Assembly: GCF_040807025.1 (NCBI RefSeq)
Contig: NC_090970.1
Span: 709,359-773,358 of the forward strand
Reading direction: 5' to 3'
Length of the DNA: 64,000 bases
Source: Struthio camelus
Lineage: Eukaryota
The first letter of the stretch is position 1. The number at the start of each line of letters is the position of its first letter. The notes under the pieces are model-generated. The model was not told the DNA's origin. It saw nothing but the letters and a program-made list of their open reading frames with translations, and did not search any database. Of this stretch, positions 55,440 to 64,000 are shown piece after piece. A program made the translations under genes and the position numbers.

Positions 55440-58200
55440 AGCGCACGCGCTAAGCACGTGTGACCCCCCCCGAACACCCTGCCGCGACCCACGCGTGTCC
55501 CCCAGCCCCGCATCGTGACCCACACGTGTCCCCCAGACCCGCACGTGTCCCCCAGCCCCGCACTGGGACCCACATGTGTCCCCCAGTCCCGCACTGGGAC
55601 CCACGCGTGTCTCCCAGACCCACATCGCAACCCACACGTGTCCCCCAGACCCACACGTGTCCCCCAGTCCCGCACTGGGACCCACGCGTGTCCCCCAGAC
55701 CCACATCACAACCCACACGTGTCCCCCAGACCCACACCGGGACCCACACATGTCCCCCAGCCCCACATCATGACCCACACGTGTCCCCCAGACCTGTACG
55801 TGTCCCCCAGCCCCGCACTGGGACCCACACGTGTCCCCCAGCCCCACATCATGACCCACACATGTCCCCCAGACCCACACGTGTCCCCCAGCCCCGCACC
55901 GGGGCCCACACGTGTCCCGCAGCCCCTCTCCGTGACCCACACGTGTCCCCCAGCCCCACATCGCGACCCACACGTGTCCCCCAGCCCCACACGTGTCCCC
56001 CAGCCCCACATCGCGACCCACACGTGTCCCCCAGCCCCTCTCCGTGACCCACATGTGTCCCCCAGCCCCGCATCGTGACCCACACGTGTCCCCCAGCCCC
56101 GCATCGCGACCCACACGTGTCCCCCAGACCCGCACGTGTCCCCCAGCCCGACACCAGGACCCACACGTGTCCCGCAGCCCCTCTCTGGGACCCACACGTG
56201 TCCCCCAGCCCCGCATCGCGGCCCACACGTGTCCCCCAGACCCACACGTGTCCCCCAGCCCCGCATCGCGACCCACACGTGTCCCCCAGACCCGCACGTG
56301 TCCCCCAGACCCACACCGGGACCCACACGTGTCCCGCAGCCCCTCTCCATGACCCACACGTGTCCCCCAGCCCCGCACTGGGACCCACACGTGTCCCCCA
56401 GACCCGCACCGGGACCCACACGTGTCCCACAGCCCCTCTCTGTGACACACACGTGTCCCCCAGACCCACATCGTGACCCACCCGTGTCCCCCAGACCCTC
56501 TCTGTGACACACACGCGTCCCCCAGCCCCCCGCCGTGCCCCACACGTGTCCCCCAACCCCTCGCCGTGCCCCACCCGTGTCCCCCAGCCCCCGCCGTGCC
56601 CCACACGTGTCCCCCAGCCCCCCGCCGTGCCCCACACGTGTCCCCCAGCCCCCCGCCCTGCCCCACCCGTGCCCCCCAGCCCCCCGCCGTGCCCCACACG
56701 TGTCCCCCAACCCCTCGCCGTGCCCCACACGTGTCCCCCAACCCCCGCCGTGCCCCACACGTGTCCCCCAACCCCTCGCCGTGCCCCACACGTGTCCCCC
56801 AGCCCCCCGCCGTGCCCCACCCGTGTCCCCCAGCCCCCGCCGTGCCCCACACGTGTCCCCCAGCCCCCCGCCCTGCCCCACCCGTGTCCCCCAGCCCCCG
56901 CCGTGCCCCACACGTGTCCCCCAGCCCCCCGCCCTGCCCCACCCGTGCCCCCCAGCCCCCCGCCGTGCCCCACACGTGTCCCCCAGCCCCCCGCCCTGCC
57001 CCACGTGTCCCCCAACCCCCTGCCGTGACCCACACGTGTCCCCCAGCCCCCTGCCGTGCCCCACACGTGTCCCCCAGCCCCCCGCCGTGACCCACACGTG
57101 TCCCCCAGCCCCCCGCCGTGACCCACACGTCTCCCCCAGCCCCCCGCCGTGCCCCACACGTGTCCCCCAGCCCCCTGCCGTGACCCACACGTGTCCCCCA
57201 GCCCCCCGCCGTGCCCCACACGTCTCCCCCAGCCCCCCGCCGCGACCCACACGTGTCCCCCAGCCCCCTGCCGTGACCCACACGTGTCCCCCAGCCCCCC
57301 GCCGTGCCCCACACGTGTCCCCCAACCCCCGCCGCGACCCACACGTGTCCCCCAGCCCCCTGCCGCGACCCACACGTGTCCCCCAGCCCCCCACCGTGCC
57401 CCACACGTCTCCCCCAGCCCCCCGCCACGACCCACACGTCTCCCCCAGCCCCCCGCCGCGACCCACACGTCTCCCCCAGCCCCCCGCCGTGCCCCACACG
57501 TCTCCCCCAGCCCCCCGCCGCGACCCACACGTGTCCCCCAGCCCCCCGCCGCGACCCACACGTGTCCCCCAGCCCCCTGCCGTGACCCACACGTGTCCCC
57601 CAGCCCCCCGCCGCGACCCACACGTGTCCCCCAGCCCCCTGCCGTGACCCACACGTGTCCCCCAGCCTCCCGCCGTGCCCCACACGTGTCCCCCAACCCC
57701 CGCCGCGACCCACACGTGTCCCCCAGCCCCCGCCCTGCCCCACACGTGTCCCCCAGCCCCCCGCCGTGCCCCACCCGTGTCCCCCAGCCCCCCGCCGTGC
57801 CCCACACGTCTCCCCCAGCCCCCCGCCGTGCCCCACACGTCTCCCCCAGCCCCCCGCCGCGACCCACACGTGTCCCCCAGCCCCCTGCCGTGACCCACAC
57901 GTGTCCCCCAGCCTCCCGCCGTGCCCCACACGTGTCCCCCAACCCCCGCCGCGACCCACACGTGTCCCCCAGCCCCCGCCCTGCCCCACACGTGTCCCCC
58001 AGCCCCCCGCCGTGCCCCACCCGTGTCCCCCAGCCCCCCACCGTGCCCCACCCGTGTCCCCCAACCCCCCGCCCTGCCCCACACGTGTCCCCCAGCCCCC
58101 CACCCTGCCCCACACGTGTCCCCCAGCCCCCGCCCTGCCCCACCCGTGTCCCCCAACCCCCCGCCCTGCCCCACCCGTGCCCCCCAGCCCCCCGGGGCGG
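55440..58200. repeat. About 30-bp satellite CACACGTGTCCCCCAGCCCCGC(RYCGTGMC), each unit carrying a canonical E-box CACGTG. About 90 copies, 2.7 kb (TTC5 intron 3).
   Basis: CCCACACGTGTCCCCCAGCCCC recurs throughout. Confidence 0.9.
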
Positions 58201-58207
58201 CTCTCAC

Positions 58208-58419
58208 GTGGCCGAGGGCGCCGGCGAAGCAGGCCCGGGCGGCCTCGAGGTCTCCGCGACGCCATCGGGCTTCGCCCAGGCGGGTCCAGGCCTCGGCCAG
58301 ACCCGGCGCCAACTTGACGGCCCGGCCCAGGGCGGCTTCGGCCCGGGGGGCGCCGGCGGGGGTGGCGCTCAGCGCCCGCGCCCGCAGCACCAGCGCCCGG
58401 CCCCGGCTGCGGCCCGACA
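58208..58419 (-). CDS. TTC5: TTC5 exon 3 (TPR): (V)SGRSRGRALVLRARALSATPAGAPRAEAALGRAVKLAPGLAEAWTRLGEARWRRGDLEAARACFAGALGH
   Basis: Matches TTC5 [69 protein letters not shown]. Acceptor ccccccggcccccacccgcag, donor CAC|GTGAGA. 212 nt. Confidence 0.85.
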
Positions 58420-58429
58420 CTGCGGGTGG

Positions 58430-59470
58430 GGGCCGGGGGGGGGGTCATTCGGGCCCCACGGCGTCGCCTCTGCCCCACGGCGCCGGGGCGGGAGGGGGGG
58501 GGTGCTGAGCGGGCAGGGGGCCCCGGGGCATTGTGGGATACGCTGGGGGAGCTATCGGCAGGGTGGATTGTGGGACGGAGAGCGAACGGCTGCCCCAGGG
58601 CATCGTGGGGTAGAAGGGGGAGGTGCTGCCCCACAGCATCGTGGGGTAGAAGGGGGAGGCGCTGCCCCACGGCATCGTGGGGTAGAAGGGGGAGGCGCTG
58701 CCCCAAGGCATCGTGGGATAGAAGGGGGAGGTGCTGCCCCACGGCATCGTGGGGTAGAAGGGGGAGGTGCTGCCCCACGGCATCGTGGGGGAGGGGAGCC
58801 GCCACCCCAGGGCATCATGGGACGCAACAGAGCACCTACTGCCCCACGGCATTGTGGGATACAGGAGGGGAGCTGCTGCCCCAGGGCATCATGGGATAGA
58901 GCGGGGGAGCTACTGCCCTGGGGCGTTATGGGCTGTGTGCCGTGGGGCAGGACCCCTGCCCCAGAGCATTATGGGTTGTGGGGCAGGACCTCCACCCCAG
59001 AGCATTATGGGTTGTGGGACAGGACCCCTGCCCCAGAGCATTATGGGTTGTGGGGGCAGGACCTCCACCCCAGGGCATTATGGGCCTCGTGCTGTGGGGC
59101 AGGACCCCTACCCCAGGGCATTGTGGGTCATGGGGCAGGACCTCTGCTCTGAGGCATTATGGGCCACGTGCCGTGGGGCAGGACCCCCGCCCCAGAGCAT
59201 TATGGGCCATGGGGCAGGACCTCCACCCCAGGGCATTATGGGCCACGTGCTGTGGGGCAGGACCCCCACCCCAAGGCGTTATGGGGATGCCCTGGGGACC
59301 TCTGCCCCAGGGCATTATGGGTCACGTGCCATGGAGCAGAACCCCCACCTTGGGGCACTACGGGCCGCGGGCCGTGGGGCGGGACCCCCACCCCACGGTA
59401 TGACGGGCCATGGGGCAGGACCCCCGCCCCGGGGCATCGTGGGCCGCGCGCCGTGGGGCAGGACCCCCGC
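58430..59470. repeat. Two adjacent ~30-45-bp tandem families (CATCGTGGGGTAGAAGGGGGAGGYGCTGCCCCAYGG and GCATTATGGGYYGTGGGGCAGGACCYCYGCCCCAGR) (TTC5 intron 2)
   Basis: Direct repeats visible at 58600-58800 and 58930-59300. Confidence 0.75.
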
Positions 59471-59498
59471 CCCGGGGCATCGTGGGCCGCCGCCGCAC

Positions 59499-59679
59499 CT
59501 TGCACCTCCTCCATGCGCCGCAGCGTCCTCTCCATCTCCTCCTCGAGGGCGGCGGCGGCCGCCGCGTCCCCGCTGCCGTCCCCGCCGGTGTCACCGCCGG
59601 TGTCACCGCCGCCGTCACCGCCGCCCCCCGGCGCCCGCCGCAGCCCGTCCCGGAACCGGTACAGCTCCGCCACCAGCTC
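59499..59679 (-). CDS. TTC5: TTC5 exon 2: ELVAELYRFRDGLRRAPGGGGDGGGDTGGDTGGDGSGDAAAAAALEEEMERTLRRMEEVQ(V)
   Basis: Matches TTC5 ELVDQLYSFRDCYF...QKEMEKTLQQMEEVVG. It contains a Gly/Asp low-complexity insertion encoded by GGTGACACCGCC repeats. Acceptor tggtgttccag, donor G|GTGCGG. 181 nt. Confidence 0.8.
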
Positions 59680-59699
59680 CTGGAACACCAGTGTCAGCA

Positions 59700-60540
59700 G
59701 GGCCCAGGCGTCCGGGGATGCCCCCGAGGGGCCCAGGCGTCCGGGGATGCCCCCAGGGACCCAGGCGTCCGGGGATGCTCCCGGGGGGCCCAGGCGTCCG
59801 GGGATGCTCCCGCGGGGCCCAGGCGTCCGGGGATCCTCCCGCGGGGCCCAGGAGTCCGGGGATCCTCCCGGGGGACCCAGGCGTCCGGGGACGCTCCCGC
59901 GGGAACCCAGGAGTCCGGGGATGCTCCCGGGGGGCCCAGGCGTCCGGGGATGCTCCCGCGGGAACCCAGGAGTCCGGGGATGCTCCTGGGGGACCCAGGC
60001 GTCCGGGGACGCTCCCGAGGGGCCCAGGCGTCCGGGGATGCTCCCAGGGAACCCAGGCGTCCGGGGATGCCCCCAGGGACCCAGGAGTCCGGGGATGCTC
60101 CCGGGGGGCCCAGGCGTCCGGGGACGCTCCCGCGGGACCCAGGCGTCCGGGGATGCTCCCGGGGGGCCCAGGCGTCCAGGGACGCTCCCAGGGACCCAGG
60201 CGTCCGGGGATGCTCCCAGGGACCCAGGCGTCCGGGGATGCTCCCGCGGGGCCCAGGCGTCCGGGGATGCTCCCGCGGGGCCCAGGCGTCCAGGGACGCT
60301 CCCAGGGACCCAGGCGTCCGGGGACGCTCCCAGGGACCCAGGCGTCCGGGGATGCTCCCGGGGGGCCCAGGCGTCCGGGGATGCTCCCGCGGGGCCCAGG
60401 CGTCCGGGGATGCTCCCGCGGGGCCCAGGCGTCCGGGGATGCTCCCGGGGGGCCCAGGCGTCCGGGGATGCTCCCGGGGGGCCCAGGCGTCCGGGGATGC
60501 TCCCGCGGGCCCAGGTGTCCGGGGATGCCCCCGAGGGGCC
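59700..60540. repeat. About 29-bp variant of the 18-bp family (GGCCCAGGCGTCCGGGGATGCTCCCGSGG), TTC5 intron 1
   Basis: About 28 units. It shares the GGCCCAGGCGTCCGGGGA core. Confidence 0.85.
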
Positions 60541-60603
60541 CAGGCGTCCTGGTCTGCCCCTCCCCCCCCCGCCAGGGGCCCAGGCGTCCGGGGCCGCCCC
60601 CAC

Positions 60604-60705
60604 CTCCAGGGTCCGCAGCGCCTCCGCGTCGCCGTCGCCTTCCTCCTCCTCCTCCTCCTCCTCCTCCTTCGCCACCGCCGGCTCCGCCGGCTCCGCCGCC
60701 GCCAT
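60604..60705 (-). CDS. TTC5: TTC5 exon 1: MAAAEPAEPAVAKEEEEEEEEEGDGDAEALRTLE
   Basis: ATG at 60705-60703 in good Kozak context (gccATGg). It has an acidic N-terminus like human MMADEEEEVKPILQKLQ. Donor GAG|GTGGGG. The (GAG)9 is a coding microsatellite. Confidence 0.75.
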
Positions 60706-61080
60706 GGCCGCGCCGGGCCCCGCCCCCGCCGCCGGCTGCGCGCGCAGCACGGCCCCGCCCCCTCCTCCCCGCCCCTTCCCCAGGCCCCGCCCCCTCCCCC
60801 GCAGCGGCGTCTCCGAGCCGGAGACACCCCCCCTCCCGCCACGTGACCCACAACCCCCCACGTGACCCTCCCCCCTTCCTTCCCGTGGCCCCGCCCCTAG
60901 CGGCGGCGCGGGGCGGGGCCTCCGGGGGGCGGGGCCGGCTCGCCCGCTCCCCCCCCCGGGGAGCCGAAGGGGAAGAAGCTGCCGCCCGCCGCGGGGGGAG
61001 GGGAGGCCCCGAAGAGGGGCCCGAAGGCGCCCGGCGGCGTCGCCACGGCAACCGCACCTGCGGGGGGGGGGGGAAGGGGA
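60706..61080 (-). promoter_or_regulatory. TTC5: TTC5 CpG-island promoter/5'UTR with multiple Sp1 GC boxes and two E-boxes CACGTGAC (60840-60847, 60859-60866)
   Basis: Contains GGGGCGGGG/CCCCGCCCC boxes and CACGTGAC twice, 19 bp apart. It lies directly upstream of the TTC5 ATG on the minus strand. Confidence 0.5.
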
Positions 61081-62390
61081 CGTCACCGGCCGCCGTCTTG
61101 CTCACCGCCATGGCGGCCGCCATAGCGCCCCAGCCCCACGGAGGCCGCCATCTTGCCCACCGCCATGGCGGCCGCCATCTTGCCCACCGCCATGGCGGCC
61201 GCCATAGCGCCCCTTCCCTGTAGTCGCCATCTTGCCCATCCCCATGGCGGCCGCCATCGTACCCCCTCCCAATGGTGGCCGCCATTTTGCCCACTGCAGC
61301 CATCTTTCCCATTGTGGCCATCTTGCCCACCCTCATGGAGACCACCATCTTGCCCACTGCCATGGCAGCCACCATTGTACCCCCTCTCAATGGTGGCTGC
61401 CATCTTGCCCACCGCCGGAGCAGCTGCCATCTTAACCCCCCACAGCAGTGATCATCTTACCCACCATTGCCATCCTGCCTACAGCCCATGGCGGCCACCA
61501 TCTTACCCCTCCCTCATGGCGGCCGCCATCTTGCCCACTGCCATGGCAGCCGCCATCTTACCTAGCGTGGCCATCTAACCCCCCCCCCACCATGGTGGCC
61601 ACTGTCTTACCCACGGCAGCCATCTTACCCACCACCATGGCAGCCGCCATCGCCCCCACCACAACCAGATTGCACCGTGCCCCATGGCAGCCACCATCTT
61701 CCCCACCACCATGGGGGCCGCCATCTTACCCAGCGCCATGGCAGCTGCCATCTTACCTACTATGCCCATCTAAGCCTCTCCCCCATGGGGGCCACCATCT
61801 TACTCGCCACCATGGGGGCCGCCATCTTACCCACCACCACGGTGGCTGCCATCTTGCCTACCACGCCCATATAACACCCCTCCATGGCAGCCACCATCTT
61901 ACCCAACACCATGGCAGCCACCATCTTACCACCATAGCGGTCGCCATCTTACCCACCACCACGGTGGCCGCCATCTTGCCTACCACGCCCATAAAACACC
62001 CCTCCATGGCAGCCACCATCTTACCCAACACCATGGCGGCCACCATCTTACTCACCACCATAGCGGTCGCCATCTTACCCACCACCATGGTGGCTGCCAT
62101 CTTGCCTACCACGCCCATATAACACCCCTCCATGGCAGCCACCATCTTACCCACCGCCACGGCGGCCGCCGCCTCCCCCACCACAACCATATCGCGCCGT
62201 TCCCCACGGCGGCAGCCATCTTGCCCCTTCCCCACAGCGGCGGCCATCTTGTCCCTTCCCCGTGGCGCCGATCACCTTCCCCGCCACAGCCGCCTCCCCC
62301 TCCCCGTGGCGGCCATGTCGCCCTCCCCACGGCAGCCATCTTCCCCCGCCGCCGCGGCCATCCTTCCGCCTTGCCCGCAGCAGCGGCGGC
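61080..62390. repeat. GCCGCCATCTTGCC (YY1-consensus) satellite, about 30-60-bp units, about 1.3 kb, between the TTC5 promoter and the last mapped CCNB1IP1 exon
   Basis: CCATGGCGGCCGCCATCTTGCCCACCG recurs. The antisense reads GKMAAAMAV repeats, which are artefacts. Confidence 0.85.
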
Positions 62391-62397
62391 GCCTTAC

Positions 62398-62701
62398 CCG
62401 TCAGCGAGGCCGAGGCGGGCAAGTCGCGGCCGGCGGCGGCCATGTTGCGCAGGCGCAGCCCGTCGTAGAGGCCCTGCAGCTTCTGGTACTGGCGGTTGCG
62501 CTCCATGAGGCGCTCGGAGAGCGCCGTGAACTTGCCCTTGTACTCCTCCAGCACCCGCTTCAGCGAGGCCACCTCGCTCTTGACGGCCGCCACCTCCGCC
62601 TCCTTGCCCTGCAGGCGCTGGGCGCAGGCCCGCTCCGCCTGCCGCAGCCGGCCCTCGGCCTGGCTGAAGGCGTACTCCTGGTAGAGGCGCTCCTGGTGCA
62701 C
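62398..62701 (-). CDS. CCNB1IP1: CCNB1IP1 (HEI10) exon, coiled-coil: VHQERLYQEYAFSQAEGRLRQAERACAQRLQGKEAEVAAVKSEVASLKRVLEEYKGKFTALSERLMERNRQYQKLQGLYDGLRLRNMAAAGRDLPASASLT(G)
   Basis: Matches human CCNB1IP1 VHQERLYQEYNFSKAEGHLKQMEKIYTQQIQSKDVELTSMKGEVTSMKKVLEEYKKKFSDISEKLMERNRQYQKLQGLYDSLRLRN. Acceptor ccctctggctccag, donor G|GTAAGG. 304 nt. The downstream C-terminal exons were not found. Confidence 0.85.
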
Positions 62702-62781
62702 CTGGAGCCAGAGGGCGGCGGGCAGCGGAGGCGGGCGAGGGGGCGGCCGCCGCCGCGGGCAGGGGGGAGGCGGCCGCTCAC

Positions 62782-63078
62782 CTGGTAGGTCCAGAAGGCC
62801 AACGCGCGCGAGCTGATGTCCAGCACCACCTCGGGCCGGAGGCCGGCCAACACCATGGCTTTGTACTCCTCGGAGGGGCTCAGCTCGGTGCGCACGATGT
62901 CCAGCTTGCCCGAGAGGGCGCTGCCGCAAGCCGGGCACACGGCCGGCGAGCGGCTGAACTCCCCGCTGCCGTGCGGGTCGCAGAAGATGTGCGAGCAGGC
63001 CGTCACCCAGGCGTAACCCGCCAGCTTCGCCCGGCACTTGCGGTAGTTGCACAGCAGCAGGTCCTCGCACACCGCCAT
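62782..63078 (-). CDS. CCNB1IP1: CCNB1IP1 (HEI10) first coding exon, RING finger: MAVCEDLLLCNYRKCRAKLAGYAWVTACSHIFCDPHGSGEFSRSPAVCPACGSALSGKLDIVRTELSPSEEYKAMVLAGLRPEVVLDISSRALAFWTYQ
   Basis: Near-identical to human MSLCEDMLLCNYRKCRIKLSGYAWVTACSHIFCDQHGSGEFSRSPAICPACNSTLSGKLDIVRTELSPSEEYKAMVLAGLRPEIVLDISSRALAFWTYQ. ATG at 63078-63076. Donor CAG|GTGAGC. A possible 5'UTR intron acceptor (ccgcgccgcctttgcag) sits about 20 nt upstream of the ATG. 297 nt = 99 codons. Confidence 0.9.
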
Positions 63079-63279
63079 GGGCCGGGCGGCGGGCTGCAAA
63101 GGCGGCGCGGGGTGCTGCCGGCCGCCGCCGGACTTACGCCAAGCGGGGAAGCCCGGCGCCACGCGGGTTTTCCCGCCGTCCCCCCTACCCCGCCACTGCT
63201 TGACCGACGCGCCGGGCGAGCGGATCTCCCCTCCGCCCCGAGGCGGCCGCGCTACGGGGGAAGAGGGACCGATGGAGAG

Positions 63280-63760
63280 GGGCTCGAGGCGGCTGCTGTG
63301 GGGAGAGATGGGCAGGGAAAGTGCAACCAATGAGGGGCTCAAAGCAGCTGCCGAGGGGTGGGACGGGCAGGGGAGGTGCGAGCGATGGGGGGCTACAGGC
63401 GGCCGCCGTGGGGCGAGACAGGCAGGGAAAGCCTGAGCAATGGGGGGGCTCAAGGCGGCCGCCGTGGGCAAGACAGGCAAGGAAACTGTGAGTGATGGGG
63501 GGTTCAAGGTGGCTGCCGTGGGGCTCAAAGGAGTTGCCATGGGGCAAGACGGGAAGGGAAAGCGTGAGGGTGGCTCATGATGGGGTGGCTACAGGTGGTC
63601 ACCATGGGGTGGGACGGACAGGGAAAGCGTGAGCGATGGGGAGGCTCAAGGTGGCCGCCGTGGGGCTCCGAACAGCTACCCCGGGCTGACACGGGCAGGG
63701 AAAGCGCGACCGCCATGGGGCTCCCCACAGCCACCGCGGGGCTCGAGGCGGCCACCCTAC
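63280..63760. repeat. About 60-bp tandem repeat (GGCAGGGAAAGYGYGAGCRATGGGGRGCTCAAGGCGGCCGCCGTGGGGC) x about 8, upstream of the CCNB1IP1 ATG exon
   Basis: Direct repeats read from the sequence. Confidence 0.8.
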
Positions 63761-63894
63761 CTGGGCGCAGAGGGAGAAGCACCCAAGGCGGCGGGAGGGA
63801 CGGCGGAGGCGCTGCCGCCTCCTCGCCGCCCTTCGCGGGAGGGAAGGGAGGCGCGCTTCTCCCCTCACGGCAAAAAGGGCGGGAAAGCGAGGGC

Positions 63895-63990
63895 CGCTAC
63901 TGCGCATGCGCCGCCCGCGCCGCTTCCCGCCCTCAGGGCGCGCCCCGCCCCTAGAGACCGCTGCCGGCCACCGCGCATGCGCCGCTTCCC
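63895..63990. promoter_or_regulatory. Direct repeat carrying two NRF1 palindromes GCGCATGCGC (63902-63911, 63973-63982). A candidate promoter element for CCNB1IP1 or for a gene beyond the window end.
   Basis: The unit GCGCATGCGCCGC...TTCCCGCCCTCAGGG occurs twice about 70 bp apart at the window edge. Confidence 0.4.
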
Positions 63991-64000
63991 GCCCTCAGGG

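Overview
This window is an extremely GC-rich, satellite-saturated vertebrate genomic region, most likely an amniote (bird- or reptile-like) microchromosome. It is not prokaryotic. Canonical spliceosomal introns, AATAAA polyadenylation signals and CpG-island promoters are visible throughout. Despite being roughly two-thirds tandem repeat, five protein-coding genes can be rebuilt by hand from short, phase-consistent exons.

Genes recovered:
- Minus strand, ~578-25664 (3' part continues left of the window): a KCC3-type K-Cl cotransporter (SLC12A6-like), 19 coding exons.
- Minus strand, 39150-40437: NOP10, 2 exons, 64 aa.
- Plus strand, 41317-42737: a truncated NUTM1-like gene placed head-to-head with NOP10. 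It keeps the conserved NUT block and then carries about fifteen copies of a 20-aa coding repeat.
- Minus strand, 44504-60705: TTC5, all 10 coding exons.
- Minus strand, 62398-63078: the 5' half of CCNB1IP1 (HEI10).

The gene order reproduces two human synteny blocks, 15q14 (SLC12A6-NOP10-NUTM1) and 14q11.2 (TTC5-CCNB1IP1).

Almost every intron and intergenic spacer holds its own private tandem-repeat family, with 25 or more distinct families in 64 kb. On top of that, one 18-bp family (GGACGCCTGGGCCCCTCC) recurs in at least nine arrays in both orientations, including a 10.9-kb array with higher-order structure between SLC12A6 and NOP10. Several arrays are built from canonical transcription-factor motifs, namely YY1 (AAGATGGCGGC), E-box (CACGTG) and NRF1 (GCGCATGCGC).

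The long ORFs in the supplied six-frame track are almost all translation artefacts of these satellites. I found no evidence of a discrete novel system. The interest lies in the repeat architecture, the motif arrays, the odd NUT-like gene and some anomalies in the gene models. Coordinates were derived by hand. Exon ends were cross-checked by codon phase and codon count, and a few against the stop-codon coordinates in the ORF track. Boundaries described below as weak or unresolved should be treated as provisional.
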